In this document: positions 1 to 11,372 of the stretch, piece after piece
Numbering within the stretch: the stretch's first letter is position 1
How the letters are laid out: every line of letters begins with the position of its first letter
From: Azolla caroliniana
Taxonomy: Eukaryota > Plantae > Polypodiophyta
Assembly: GCA_043228905.1 (NCBI GenBank)
Contig: JBHGNT010000006.1
Coordinates: 17,856,001-17,920,000 of the forward strand
Direction: 5' to 3'
Length of the DNA: 64,000 nucleotides
Translations under genes and position numbers: made by a program
Notes under the pieces: model-generated
The model's input: the letters and a program-made list of their open reading frames with translations, nothing else
The model's database searches: none
What the model was told of the DNA's origin: nothing

Positions 1-1736
1 GGTGCACGAAGGTTTAGGGTCTCCATGTAGTCGCTAAGCTCTGCTTCCATTACTGCACCATATAACTTAGCAAGGGTATGGCCTATCATAATGGTCCTAT
101 ATGTATTTGGGTCCATGGGGTGCCCCCCTTTATGTATGGGGATCACTGTATTCATAGTCCACTGTGGTGGAAAACCCTCTGCAAGGGCACGATTGAAGAT
201 TAGAGTTAGCAAGGGAGCTAGGCACTCTCTCGCATATATAATGTGTTCTGCTCGCAATCTTGTGTGGTCCATGGACTTCCTATGTTGTAATTTCTTTATG
301 ACCTTCATGACCCTAGAGGTCGTGAAAAGTGTCCCCGTGGTAGGCCGGGGTGTGGAAGGCATTGGAAAAGGTGGTTGGTTTGGGATTTGGTAAAGTCTCT
401 CTGTATATGTGTGCCAAGTTTCAGGATCTTCGATGGTTGTTTGTGGTCTTGGCTCCTGTAGTCTCTTCCATGCCGTGGCGCAATCGCTACTCATGAGCAT
501 ATGGTAGAGTTCCCAGTATTGGGATGCCTCCCACGCTTGTCTCTTACGACGTGTCATCTTACGCATTTCTTTGCGAGCTTGTGTGGAGGTAATACTACCA
601 TTGAGTTGCGATACTGTAAGTTGTCTATGTAGGTCCCTACAATCCTCGTCATACCATTTATTTTGTGGCATTGATCCTGATCTACCTTGATTTGAGTGTT
701 TTGTATATGGGAAACTGCTAGCTGCTGCGGAGTGAAGGATGTGTGTGAGTTTTGTATTAAGGCTTTCTAACGGTAGAGAGGGATCAATGGAGGGGAGATG
801 GGCCTGAACATGTTGAGAGTATATGTCAGAGAGCTCATGTGTGAAATGTATTGTGGTGTGATGGCATGGTTGACTAGACTTGGTGACCTTAGAGATATCA
901 CATTTTAGCTCGAAGTATAAGAAGCTATGGTCTGCGCCAATAGGGCATGGGGCCACTTGGAAGGAGTTAATCATGTGGGTAGCTTCCGGGCGTCCTATTA
1001 GATAGTCAACTGTGCTTTCCCCTCCTCCATGTGGGAAACATGTGAGCTCTTCCGAGCCCGGCCACTTAGCTAAACCATTATATATGACCATCTGGTGCCG
1101 ACTGCCAAGTTCGAGCAGATGATGGCCAAAGCTCGTGGCGTCCGCACCTTGATCCTTTGATCTACATGTGGTACCTATGTCTAAAGGATCAACATTTACC
1201 ATTTCTAGGTTTCTATTCATCTGAAATACTGTGCATTGTCGGGATTGGGTTCTCGCATTGAAGTCTCCTACAAGAAATACTTCTCCTTGGGAAGAATATC
1301 GGATTATGTCATCCGATAGGGGTTCGTATGGAGAAGGCCCATGTGGCATTCCTTCATCGACTAATCTCGTCAAGCCACTAATATTATAACGGGATCCTTT
1401 TGGGGGAAAGTAACAAATGGCGAAAAATACTACATGGTCTTTGCTTATGGAGACTTTCACCCACATAAAACGAGCTTCTGGGTCTATCTTCATTATTTCT
1501 ATCCTATTATGTAGCTCTCTACGAAATAGTATCGCGACACCTCCAGATCCCCTAGTAGTGTGTCGACGTGAGGTTTGTCTAAAAGCGGACTCCCAACGGA
1601 ATCCTTCGACCCGTGGGAGTCCTCTATTTGGGCTCTGATGTGTTTCTACCAAGAAAAGTATATCAGATACCTTTAGTATCTCCTTTAGGCGGTCGGGGTG
1701 TGCCTAGAGTGCGCCATTACAATTCCATAGGGTCAT
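1..1736 (-). pseudogene. LINE ORF2 (APE endonuclease plus start of RT), disrupted by stops
   Basis: Manual translation gives APE motifs and an RT N-terminal motif, with an in-frame TAG near 1704. The ORF track shows no long ORF here. Confidence 0.85.
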
Positions 1737-1772
1737 CCTAAGTGCATTTTCTGTCACATGGGCCACACGCCG

Positions 1773-2585
1773 TCAGTTAGTAGTGCGATCATTTATGATC
1801 ACTCGCCCGTCTCGGTAAAAGGCGCGATGGCCTTCTTTACGAGCTTGCATAACTCGTGGCATACAACTCTTGCGATGCTCAATTTGCATATTAGTGAGGT
1901 CTTCATCGAGATAGATGGGGTCCCCATCCATTCCTCGAAGGATTGGTCTCTTCTTAAAGAAAGTGATTCTAGAGTCTAAGTCTTTGAATTGAAGGACTAA
2001 GGCTCTCTTCCTAGTTGTGTCACGCCCGGCCCTCCATGCTTTGGTGATAGGTAGGGCCTCTGTGTACCCTAACATTTTCCCAAGTGTTTGTGCGTCCTCA
2101 TTTGGGGATGCACCTTCCTTGAGCCCAGTGACACGTACATTTAAGCGTCGGGCCTGACGCATTTTCTCTTCTTCAAGGGTGGTGTTAACAATATTTTCAT
2201 CTTTTATTTCTTTTTTAATGTTTCTTTTAACCACATCTACCCAACTCGTTTTAGCTAACTCTATGTTATTATTAACTTCCTCTTTAACTTTTTTAATTTC
2301 GTCCTTTATATCCTCTATAGAGGATATTTCACCGTCTTCTCGAGATACCTCGATGTCCTTAAGTTGTTTTTTAAGGTCGATGTTTTCTACTTTAAGTTGT
2401 TCTATTTCGGCCTTGAGGGCGTCTTTTTCCTCTCTATCTTTTTTCTTGTGGGTTTCGGTGTCTTTCACCCATTTTTTCATATCCATCTCTATTTTTGTTA
2501 AACGATTAAACATATCTAAAAAGTCCTCCTTACTTATAACCTCGTCTTGTATATCCTTAAGTTCCTTAGTCCGTCTAGACGTCAT
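1773..2585 (-). CDS. LINE ORF1p (coiled coil plus L1-type RRM/CTD), ~270 aa
   Basis: Open frame from the ATG at 2585 (MTSRRTKEL). A heptad-rich N-terminal half is followed by RRLNVRVTGLKE...RALVLQF...IYLDEDLT, a pattern typical of L1-like ORF1 RRM/CTD. Confidence 0.8.
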   Translation of the reverse strand: MTSRRTKELKDIQDEVISKEDFLDMFNRLTKIEMDMKKWVKDTETHKKKDREEKDALKAEIEQLKVENIDLKKQLKDIEVSREDGEISSIEDIKDEIKKVKEEVNNNIELAKTSWVDVVKRNIKKEIKDENIVNTTLEEEKMRQARRLNVRVTGLKEGASPNEDAQTLGKMLGYTEALPITKAWRAGRDTTRKRALVLQFKDLDSRITFFKKRPILRGMDGDPIYLDEDLTNMQIEHRKSCMPRVMQARKEGHRAFYRDGRVIINDRTTN

Positions 2586-3084
2586 TGTGGTGTCAATAAG
2601 AAAAAAAAAAAGGTAAAATAAATGGGTTCGAGACTTAGCCGAGTTTGTGTGTGTGTCGCAATCACATCGGCATTTTGTAGCACGAGATGAGCACACCAAA
2701 AGAACCCACCCACGAACTCGTCGAGAAAAAGGCACTTCACCACATCAAGAGAAAACGGAGAAGAAAACACCCCATGACGGCGACGGTGACGGTGGCAGTC
2801 GTCAAACGACAGTAGACAACGGCAGCAGACGGCCGACGGCGGCAACAGACGGCAGACGGCGGCAACAGACGGTAAACGGCGGTAGCGGACGGCAGAAGAC
2901 GGTAGACGACTGCACGGTGGCAGACGGCGACGGTGACGACACTAAGCCGGCGATAGAGAGAGACGAGGAAGCGAGCGAGAGAGAGAGAGAGCAGACGGCG
3001 ACGGTTGCAGCGGCTGCAGACGACGGCTGGAGACGACGGCGACGGTGATAAGTGTGTGTGTGTCTCTCTCTATGAAGGGTTGAA

Positions 3085-3466
3085 GAGAGAGTATGCACAA
3101 GTTTAATGGAAGCTTCAGAAAAAAGAATAAACAAGAGAGACAAAGAGAGGAGAATAACATTAAACTAAAATAAAAAATAATAACATTCTCTACATACAAA
3201 TATCCTACAAAACACTTTTTATACAAGTCCTTAAAGGACTGACAGAAGTACTAACATTTACTTCAATGCTCATACGAGAAACTAACACTGACTCCTAGAA
3301 ATATGCCTATGTACTAGGCTAGGATCATAGGCCTCTAACGGCCTACCGGTTACAATCTTATTCGTCTCTCCGATCCGGCTCTTAGTTCTGGATATTGATC
3401 CAGACACCTATTCGATTCTCTGTGCCAGATACCGATCCGGATCAGGTTGAGCTTGTCCGCTCAACA
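3085..3466 (-). mobile_element. Copia-family LTR (U3/TATA part), truncated by the LINE
   Basis: The reverse complement begins TGTTGAGCGGACAAGCTCAACC. It aligns by eye with the LTR at 16568 (ccggtaggccgttagaggcc, tgagcattgaagta, ggacttgtataaaa). Confidence 0.85.
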
Positions 3467-4282
3467 CGTGTAACACTCATTGAACTTAGAGATTAAGTAT
3501 AATTTGTATGTGTACATGTTGTCTAAAGTCTCCTTTATCGTTTGGGGTATACGGGAGATAATTATACTCTATCATTTTCTCGAATGATTGGAATGTTATT
3601 GTAGACTAGTTTGTTTCTACATTGACGGTGTCATGTATCACGTGTCAACGGAATTTTTCTCTCGACATAGTAGTATCTCTTAATTGCAAGGTTCACAATT
3701 TTCTTTAAGATATATTATATATAAAAATACATACACAATTAGAAGAAGTCACTTATTTAATGGGGTATGCTTTTTAGAATATGCATAATGACCCCCGTTA
3801 CTATTATACTTGCATTAACTTCTATACATTATCTAAGATTTGGACAAAAACATGGTAGATAGAATATACGTCGGATGATTTTGTTGCCATGATATTAGTT
3901 AGTTCTATTTTTCGCTATGTTTTCATAAACCAGATACGCATGCATCGTGCATTTTTGAAATTCTGTTTAAATAAGGCATTTTTTAACATCTCACTATGAT
4001 ATGAAAAAGAGAATGCAACATATTACCTATTTCAAATGACCCGGTGTTTTAGGGTTTAGATAGTCGATAGGTTCTCTATTCTTTAGGTATTTTGAGCTCA
4101 AACGCTCAGCGGGTTCTTGAGTTTCTGTTCCGACCATTGTGCGAGGCCTCCATTCATTGTAGTATGTTATTTGTCTCTTACTAATCTTAGTGGTTCGCTT
4201 CGAGGTTGATCCTGTGTTTGCGTGGTTGTCTCTGTGTCGTGTTTGATCTCTCTTGAAGTTGGTCCAATGCCGTTTATTTTCT

Positions 4283-4360
4283 TTCTCTCGTTCTCTCTCT
4301 CTCTCTACTAGGATAGGGGTGTTTGTTTGTTTGTTTGTGTGTGTGTGTGTGTGTGTGTGT
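4283..4360. repeat. Compound microsatellite (CT)n/(GTTT)n/(GT)n
   Basis: Directly visible. Confidence 0.9.
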
Positions 4361-5609
4361 CCCCTTTTCCCCCTCAATATGATTGCATGCGGTGCATTGT
4401 TAAGGTGGCTGAAGTCCATTGTTGGGGTTTTCCGTGCTTGCGTGTCGGCTTGGGCAGAACCTTTCTTTTTAGGGTTTCGACATTTGGATTTAGGGTATGT
4501 AGTCACTTTACAATTCATTTACATTTAAAAGTCCCTAATAGTGGTATAGAATTCAACACCTTAATTATTAAATGTGTTCATTTTTTACATCACAAGTTTG
4601 TAGTCGTACCTTTGTGCCCTAGTATATAACTAAACATTTGCAAACTCTAATTGATGCAATTGAACTTTTTGCTTTAGTTGTTGGATTGAACATTCGTTTT
4701 TCTATCTCCTAAGATGCTTCTTTTCATAATTCACAATGAATTTCCAAATAAGATTGTTCTACATCTTAGATATCCTCTAATAAACAATATTTATGCCAAA
4801 AGATCAAGCAAGTTGAGAACTTGAAAAGATGAAAAGTTGATGTATTGGAAATTTGTAAGATGGCCTATGCATGGATTGTTACAATGGCGAATCAAATTTT
4901 CTGTCATTGATTTCGTAGCCAAGAATGCATGCAAGAATTTTAAGTGGAATGCCCTTGAACTATTTTGGCAACATGATATGTAAAGTCAAAAGAGTTATTT
5001 ATTTAATGCTTGTCTAGTTCAAAATAGCATGAATACACATATCCATGACTTAGTTTGGAAAGTGATTTTGTGGCTCAAAATAATATTGGAAGCAAATATT
5101 AGCTAACTTGTGGAAATACAAGTCAAAGAATGGTCTCCTTGACATGTTCCTATAGCAAAAGAATTAACAATGTTGTTATCATAGGGCCCCCATGCATTCT
5201 TGTGATTTGCTCACTCCTTGTGATTGAGAATGCATTATTATTCACTATCAAATGGACAAGAATGTATGACATCCTTTTGCCACCTTCACCAATCAATAGG
5301 GACTACACTTGTATGTAGTTGCCCTACACTACTCAATTAAAGAATAGAAGTTAAATAAATAAATAGAATAGTATGACCACAAGGTACCAAGAATGGGAAG
5401 GACTTAGACTTCCAACAACAGTTCATCTTAACACACAATGAGTGGATCATAACATTTGAAATTGGTAGAGTACCATTGTTAATTATGTGTGTTGATCAAT
5501 TTCAAAGGTAGGTGGTAATCCAAAAGGATATACAAATGCATGCAACTAAGGCATGACTACTGTAATTTACCATTAATTAAACAATGAGGGAGTTGCTACA
5601 TGACATTTT

Positions 5610-6437
5610 TGTTGAGGAAGCACAAGACAATACTACTCTTCCACATGAAAGCTAACAAATCTTTTCCCCACTTGTGCTGTAAAATAGAAGATAGTAATCA
5701 AAACCAACACCAATCTTGACAACAATTAAGCAAGAAACTCCACACTTGAACACTAACAAGATCAAAGAGACACGAGATTTACATGGAAAATCCCGATGTT
5801 GGGAAAAAACCACGGGACCGTTCACAATGGCACCAAAATTCCACTAATAAACAATAATCCAATGGGTACAACAGGTTTTCATCTCTAGTTCAAAACTAGA
5901 GGGTTTACAATCTTCAAGGTAAGTCCTTGGATCAACAAATCTCTACAAATCATCACATATAGTGGCAAATTTCACAAACTCATAAAATTTGATCAGAGTA
6001 GAATCTATGAAGATAGAGAGATAAAAAAAAACAATAATCCAACTGTTGGATTTTTTTAAGAAGATAGTATCAGGAACAAGTCATTAAAATTTGGCCACGA
6101 TCGGAGGTCGTTTGGTCATCAATCGAGACAAGAATAGTAGCTGACCACTCTACATCTATCTTCTATCCCTCTCTCTCTTTTCTTTCTTGCTACATGTTCT
6201 TTTTAGTATATCCTAAAAAAAAAAAAAATAGTAATAATAAGGGTTATGTTTCTAAAAAACCCATTATTACCCCTAAGAAAAAAAAACCCTATAAGTAGAA
6301 ACTTTATTTGAGCCCTTTGCATACTAATTTGGACCCATTACAACATACACATCCACATACTAATGTGGCTTAAAAAAAACATAGACCGAATGAAATATTT
6401 GGACCTCTTCCTCCATGTAGGAGGGAAGAACCCAACA
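5610..6437 (-). mobile_element. Solo LTR (828 bp)
   Basis: TGTTG...CAACA termini with a perfect 5-bp TSD ATTTT (5605-5609 and 6438-6442). The internal gatttacatggaaaatccc...gggaaaaaaccacgg motif resembles plant Copia LTR U5 ends in reverse. Confidence 0.85.
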
Positions 6438-8125
6438 ATTTTCTACCGAAGACCAATGGAAAGCTACTTCTGCCAAATAGAATAGTGATGATTTCAAGGT
6501 ATCTTACTCAAAACTTTCCCTTTCATAACTTTCTTCTCACTATACTCAATAGAAATTTTAAGAAAAAATATCAGAAAAATAAATTCTCTGAACCATGGAA
6601 GAAATTGAACGATATAATTAGATCAGAATACAAAACATCAAATTGAAGGAAAATAGTTTGTTGTATTGTGATTTGTGTGAGTACACAAAACAGAAGAAAT
6701 CGAAATGAAGGCCAAATCAGCCCGGAGACTAGAACAAGAAGAGCTACCAAAATCGGCTAAGATTAAACAAGATTTGTACACGTATAGTCACTAGATCAGA
6801 TATGCAATCTCTGATTTCAACTACATACAGTGAGAAATTTGAGAACTCTAAGGAGTCTCATATTTGTCTACACTGCCTTTGCACAAACACATATCCATGT
6901 CGAGTCTTCTTGGTCTTCGTCGAACCTAATGAGATTCTTCTCAATGTAGTTGTTAAGGAATCCTTCCATTAAATGTGGCGAAGTTCTGTATTGAAACATT
7001 CGAATGTCATCACGAATAAGCAACAATGATCTAAAACGTTGTATAATCTCCTCACGTCTGCAATCCAGATATGTCATTATGTAGAAATTAGGATAAATTA
7101 GCATCAATCTTCATCCAAATTATGACTCAAATCATCAGAATTTCAAAAAATACTTCATTAGAAGAAAACATTTATGGATCAAGTATGACGAAATAAGGTT
7201 GTATCCAACATGACACATATCCTTATAGACTTATAATATGGTTTCACATCCACGGTTATAGTGTATATCCTGAAACAAATGCACTACAAGCAACAGTATT
7301 TTGTTTTTGCAACTTTTTAAACATTATCCTTGTAGCATAGGCATCATGATACTGAGAATACATGTCAACAAGCTCAAAATGTTTCTCTCATAAATAACTA
7401 ATGAAAAAGAGCTTAATCAAGAGAAATTTGGCTCCGCCTCAAAATTGACAAGAAGTTCCAAGCTTCCGCCTATAATTCAGATTTTGGGGACATCTAGTTG
7501 CTAATACTTCATCCAAATAGCCATTGAAACAACTCAAAAAACAATTCCACTCTTCATCACTCATGTCGGGCAACAAAGTCACTTGGAGGGTGGAACTCAT
7601 CCAAACAGGTCAAATCTTGCTCAGATTGATCATTATCGTTTGAAACTAACCCTATGTTATGCCATGAGAACAAGTAGAAACTTAACTTTATTCACATGCT
7701 TTAGTTAGAGAGATGAGCAAGTCATTACATGGGAGAAGCCAGATTAGTAAACTTTAGATTACTTGAGAGTACATCGCATAGTACTGGTGATGGCATACAA
7801 CATCTTAATAGAATCTGTAAATCACAACAGTGATTATTGACAATTATATTAGATCAAAGAAAAAAGTTGAAACACCTAGCACAATGGGATCTCCAAACCT
7901 AAGCCTGTTCCAAAATTTGAGACATGACAGTTCCTTCCTGTGTGTTGTTTCCATCAACATTGTTGACTATGTTATCATAAGAAATACCTGACAGAGAGAA
8001 TCATTAGCAGCAACATAAACCCTAAAACCCTAAATCATTTGCTAGGGTTTGAATTTGTGTTTCGCTCACCACAAAAATAAAATTTCAAATTTCTCTTCCT
8101 AGAGCACACTTTATATATATGGGTC

Positions 8126-8256
8126 AGAGTCGGGCTCCTATTTCATGTGAGTCGGGCTCCTTGAGCTCTTGCTTTAGGTGAGTCGGGCTCCTCAGGCTCT
8201 TGCTTCATGTGAGTCGAGGTCCTCGAGCTCCTGCTTCAGGTGAGCTAGGCTCCTCA
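8126..8256. repeat. ~31-bp tandem repeat (gtgagtcgggctcct...), 4-5 copies
   Basis: Units include gtgagtcgggctccttgagctcttgctttag, gtgagtcgggctcctcaggctcttgcttcat and gtgagtcgaggtcctcgagctcctgcttcag. Confidence 0.85.
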
Positions 8257-8460
8257 TAAAATGAAATTTTCATTGCACACTTTTCTTTATCCACATTGGA
8301 CGACGCAAATCGCACGTGCCCTCAGCTGAGCGACTTGCACCATCTGCACCCGCGATTCCCTCACTTGCCCTCTTTAATATTTGGTAGTAGTTAGACATGT
8401 CAATTTTTTCTAGCTTTAAATTTAGTAAGTATTTTTTTTGTAGAAAGAATTTCAAAGAAC

Positions 8461-8590
8461 TATGTATGTATGTATGTATGTATGTCACAATAGTCGGCTC
8501 AAGAAATATGGAGCAGCCGAAACCATGAACCAACCCATCTAGACAAAGGCCCTCGCCCGCCCTGAACATTGGCATTGCTCTTCCTAGGGC
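8461..8590 (-). mobile_element. Possible short 5'-truncated retroposon with (CATA)n tail
   Basis: A GC-richer ~100-bp block ends, on the minus strand, in a (CATA)6 tail. The flanking tttcaa(a)g repeat is only imperfect. Confidence 0.3.
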
Positions 8591-8929
8591 TTTCAAGTTA
8601 ACAATTCATGCAACATGTCAATCTTAACTAGTAATGGTGATCACAAGATATGCATACTTGATTATCTGAATATCAATTCTGTTTCCTCTCACTCACAAAC
8701 TTCTAGAAATTTTGATATTTTTATTGAGAATGAAAGAAATATTAACGTCTTCTAGGCCAAAATTGGCCCATGAGACAAATGGTGTACAACAAAATGGGGT
8801 ATTTACCCAATCATCAAAACTAAAAAAATAAAATAAAAATAGAACTTACGCTAAAAGAGTTTTAGTATTCTACAAAATGTGGTATGGTGTAACACATGTG
8901 ATAAAGGAAATGATTTTGCACTAAGCCTA

Positions 8930-10050
8930 ATTTCATTTCCACCCAAGCCTCTCAAAAAGAAGTGGGTGGTACAAGGGTTTCGGAGTGGGTGTGACCTGTG
9001 GTACCGGTGTAGAGAGTGCCCCAATCATGGCTTCTAGGCGGTGTAGCTCACGTTCCCTTATTTTCTTAATTGCTTCTACACCACATCGAGTTGCTTTGAA
9101 ACCCGGCATCTGAGGTCGTTTGGTTCTTCTTTGGTTTTCTGCTTCATCAAGGAAGAGGCCGAGTGGTGCAGGTGTGTCGGCATTCGTTGTCTACCCCTGT
9201 CCCTAAAAAATTTCATTTGTTACATGTTGGTGAATATTAGAAACATTATTGTCAACATTTTGTAGTTTATTCTCTTTGTGTTGTTTTAGCTCAGGATATA
9301 TCTACATAATTTCTTTATATCTAGAGTATCTAATAGTTTGGGGAGGGTGGGAGAGGAACCGAGTATGTCTCGAATCTTGACGTAAGTTGGACACTTGCAT
9401 GTAAAGTGGTACTTATCCTCTATCCCTATGTGACAGTCTGCATATCCTTTCCTCCCGAGGGACTCCATTAGTACGACCATTCTCAATCTCAAGTTGGTGA
9501 GATGATATTCTACGTTGTCCAATGGCAACCCTTAGTGCATTTGGTAAGAATGCATCTAGATATTTTGGCCGTGTAATAAAACCTAACTTAGAGAAGTGCA
9601 TGTCGTGTTCCTTATAGTACAACATTTTAGATGGGAGTGGCTCTAGTGGGGTGATCCATTTATACCGAGTGTAAATTTACCATATTTCTTGGCGTATTAC
9701 TTTATTCCAATCCTCATGAGAGATTAAAGTGTTATCAATCGTGTGGTTGTACGTAAGGGGAGGTAGATTATTAATGTCTTGGTCGTTCGCAAGAAGCCAA
9801 CTCACCATCATGCCATACCATGAGCTAGTATGGCCAGACTCATAAAGTGATCGAAGCCTCAAAGGCTTGATGAGATATCCTATCATGTGGTTGGCTATGT
9901 ATCCTATGAATAAAGACTACAAGTTGGAAAAGTGCCTCTACTAACATCAGGGGTAAAGTGAACTCCGCTCTAATAATGTCATGTGGTATTGTGCGCCATG
10001 TACTTGTTGTATCCATATCGGATCACAGGGTTCTTGTGGAGAGTCGATCG
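8930..10050 (-). mobile_element. Decayed LINE 3' fragment (post-RT region, CCHC zinc finger, C-terminus)
   Basis: Translates to ISSHQLEIENGR...REERICRL...EDKYHFTCKCPTY...YHPLLFERLGWK*, followed by an aaatgaaat tail. Many frameshifts. Confidence 0.8.
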
Positions 10051-10335
10051 ATGTAACTTCTGGTTAACCGATTTCAAGGCCCTTCTAGCCAAATCTGACC
10101 TCAGTTCTTGAGGTCTGCCCTATTAGAACCAAGAGAAAAGATAAAGTGGTGGAAGAAAGATGTAAAGAGATCACAAAAAGAGAGGAATGACTGATAAGAG
10201 AAGAATGAATGTATTAAGATAGAATGAGAATAGATACAAGATAGGTGATGAGCGCTTCCGACTGATGTTGATTCGAATTGGTTTGAGAAGAATTGTATGT
10301 CTATATTTATAGGTTCCTATAGAATAGCCTAGAAA

Positions 10336-10476
10336 TTTCTATAATGTTCTAGAATGTTGTAGACCTAGAATATTTTAAGATGTTCTAGGATTTTCTAGAA
10401 TGTTCTAGAATGTTGTAGACCTAGAATATTTTAAGATGTTCTAGGATTTTCTAGAATGTTCTAGAATGTTCCAGAG
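10336..10476. promoter_or_regulatory. Heat-shock element cluster (alternating nGAAn/nTTCn)
   Basis: TTCtaGAAtgTTCtaGAA at 10393-10410 and TTCtaGAAtgTTCtaGAAtgTTC at 10449-10471, upstream of the LTR TATA. Confidence 0.7.
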
Positions 10477-10521
10477 TATTTACAACTGTATTACAAGAAG
10501 TAGCGTTTATCATCTCATATG

Positions 10522-10595
10522 ATCATAGGCTATTTTAATGGTTAGGTTCTTGATTATGTATTACAAGGTCTTGGGTTCAAGCCCAGGTGAAGCCA
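10522..10595 (+). other. tRNA-derived (Val-like) segment inside the LTR; not a functional tRNA
   Basis: The 3' half caaggtcttgGGTTCAAGCCCaggtgaagCCA resembles the plant tRNA-Val T-arm/acceptor end. The A-box (taatggttagg) is degenerate and the anticodon arm is decayed. Confidence 0.55.
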
Positions 10596-10617
10596 TGATG
10601 TTTATGTATTCATGACA

Positions 10618-11372
10618 CACCCTCGCTCATAGCTCTGTCAGACTCACTCTGATCTGACATGCCCTCGTCTGTCCCATACTTCAACATCTTCTCCTTCCCC
10701 TTTCTCTTTCTATATTACCCATCTCTACGGCTTTTTAGATTTCGGAAACAGGAGAAGACATCACTCTTCTTCTCTATGAAGTAGATCTAGCAATGCCGAG
10801 TATAGTCATCAATGAAGGAGACGAAATATCGACTCCCTCCAATAGTCACGTTCTATGCCGGTCCCCAAACATCCGAATGAATAAAATCGAGCTTATTTTG
10901 ACTCCGATTGTGCTCATTGGGGAAAGGAAGCCGGTGCAGCTTCCCGAATTGACAAGCTTCGCAGACTTGGTCCTTCCGGCCACTAAATTTTGGCAAGCCA
11001 AGAACAATATTTTCGTCTACATCTATTGAAGCCACGAGAAGTTGATGTGGCTAATCCTCTTGTGCCAGACATCGATGTCTGATTCGACCTTTTTTCCTTT
11101 AGCGAACATAGCGACGCCGATGTTGTTTGTTTTGAGAATGAACATCCTCTCTTCTCTACGCCCTTGTGCGATGATCCGGCCTTTTTCCTCTATGAAGAAC
11201 CCATGATGAGTGAATCGAACGTACATTCCTTGATCAATGATCTGTCTGACCGACACCAAATTTTTGGTGATTGTCGGCACATGTAGAACGTTCCTCGTGA
11301 TTCCTCTCTAGCCAACATGGCTTAGAGAGACATCATCCATATGTTCAATGGGGTGAGGAGTGTAGTCACTGG
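10618..11372 (-). mobile_element. Copia internal fragment (protease to integrase N-terminus, internally deleted)
   Basis: Translates to PTITKNLVSV...WHKRISH, CEACQFGKLHRLPFP and FIHSDVWGPA; same family as the element at 58478. Confidence 0.85.

Larger units (their letters stand above)
1..3070 (-). mobile_element. Two-ORF non-LTR retrotransposon (LINE), 5' part; RT continues off the left edge
   Basis: The minus strand carries a CT/CGT-repeat-rich 5' UTR (~2590-3070), a coiled-coil ORF1 and an ORF2. ORF2 has AP-endonuclease motifs (LWNCNG, LFLVETH, GSGGVAIL, VFLVGDFNAR, TVDYL, ADH) and the RT N-terminal motif DPNTYRTIMIGHTLAKLY. The 5' boundary is approximate. Confidence 0.9.
3606..8395 (-). 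mobile_element. Putative non-autonomous or decayed Helitron-like element
   Basis: The minus-strand 5' end reads TCTAACTACTACCAAATATTAAAGAG. The 3' end has an imperfect hairpin (ttgac...gtcaa, 3622-3648) ~12 nt before CTAG|T. The 5' ~120 bp recurs at 14160-14277. No Rep/Hel motif was recognised. Confidence 0.4.
10052..10617 (-). mobile_element. Orphan LTR (566 bp) with HSE array, no TSD
   Basis: The minus strand reads TGTCATG...GTTACA with a TATAAAT at 10305-10311 and a duplicated 56-bp unit at 10343-10455. The flanks are unrelated (LINE on one side, Copia on the other). Confidence 0.7.

Noticed and set aside
2647-3226. ORFs in the LINE 5' UTR
   Set aside because: They are translations of low-complexity gacggc/ga repeats.
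4027-4629. 163-aa and overlapping ORFs
   Set aside because: They span microsatellites and have no recognisable homology.
8017-8050. Telomeric repeat or interstitial telomere
   Set aside because: Only 2-3 scattered aaaccct units, which are common telo-box motifs.
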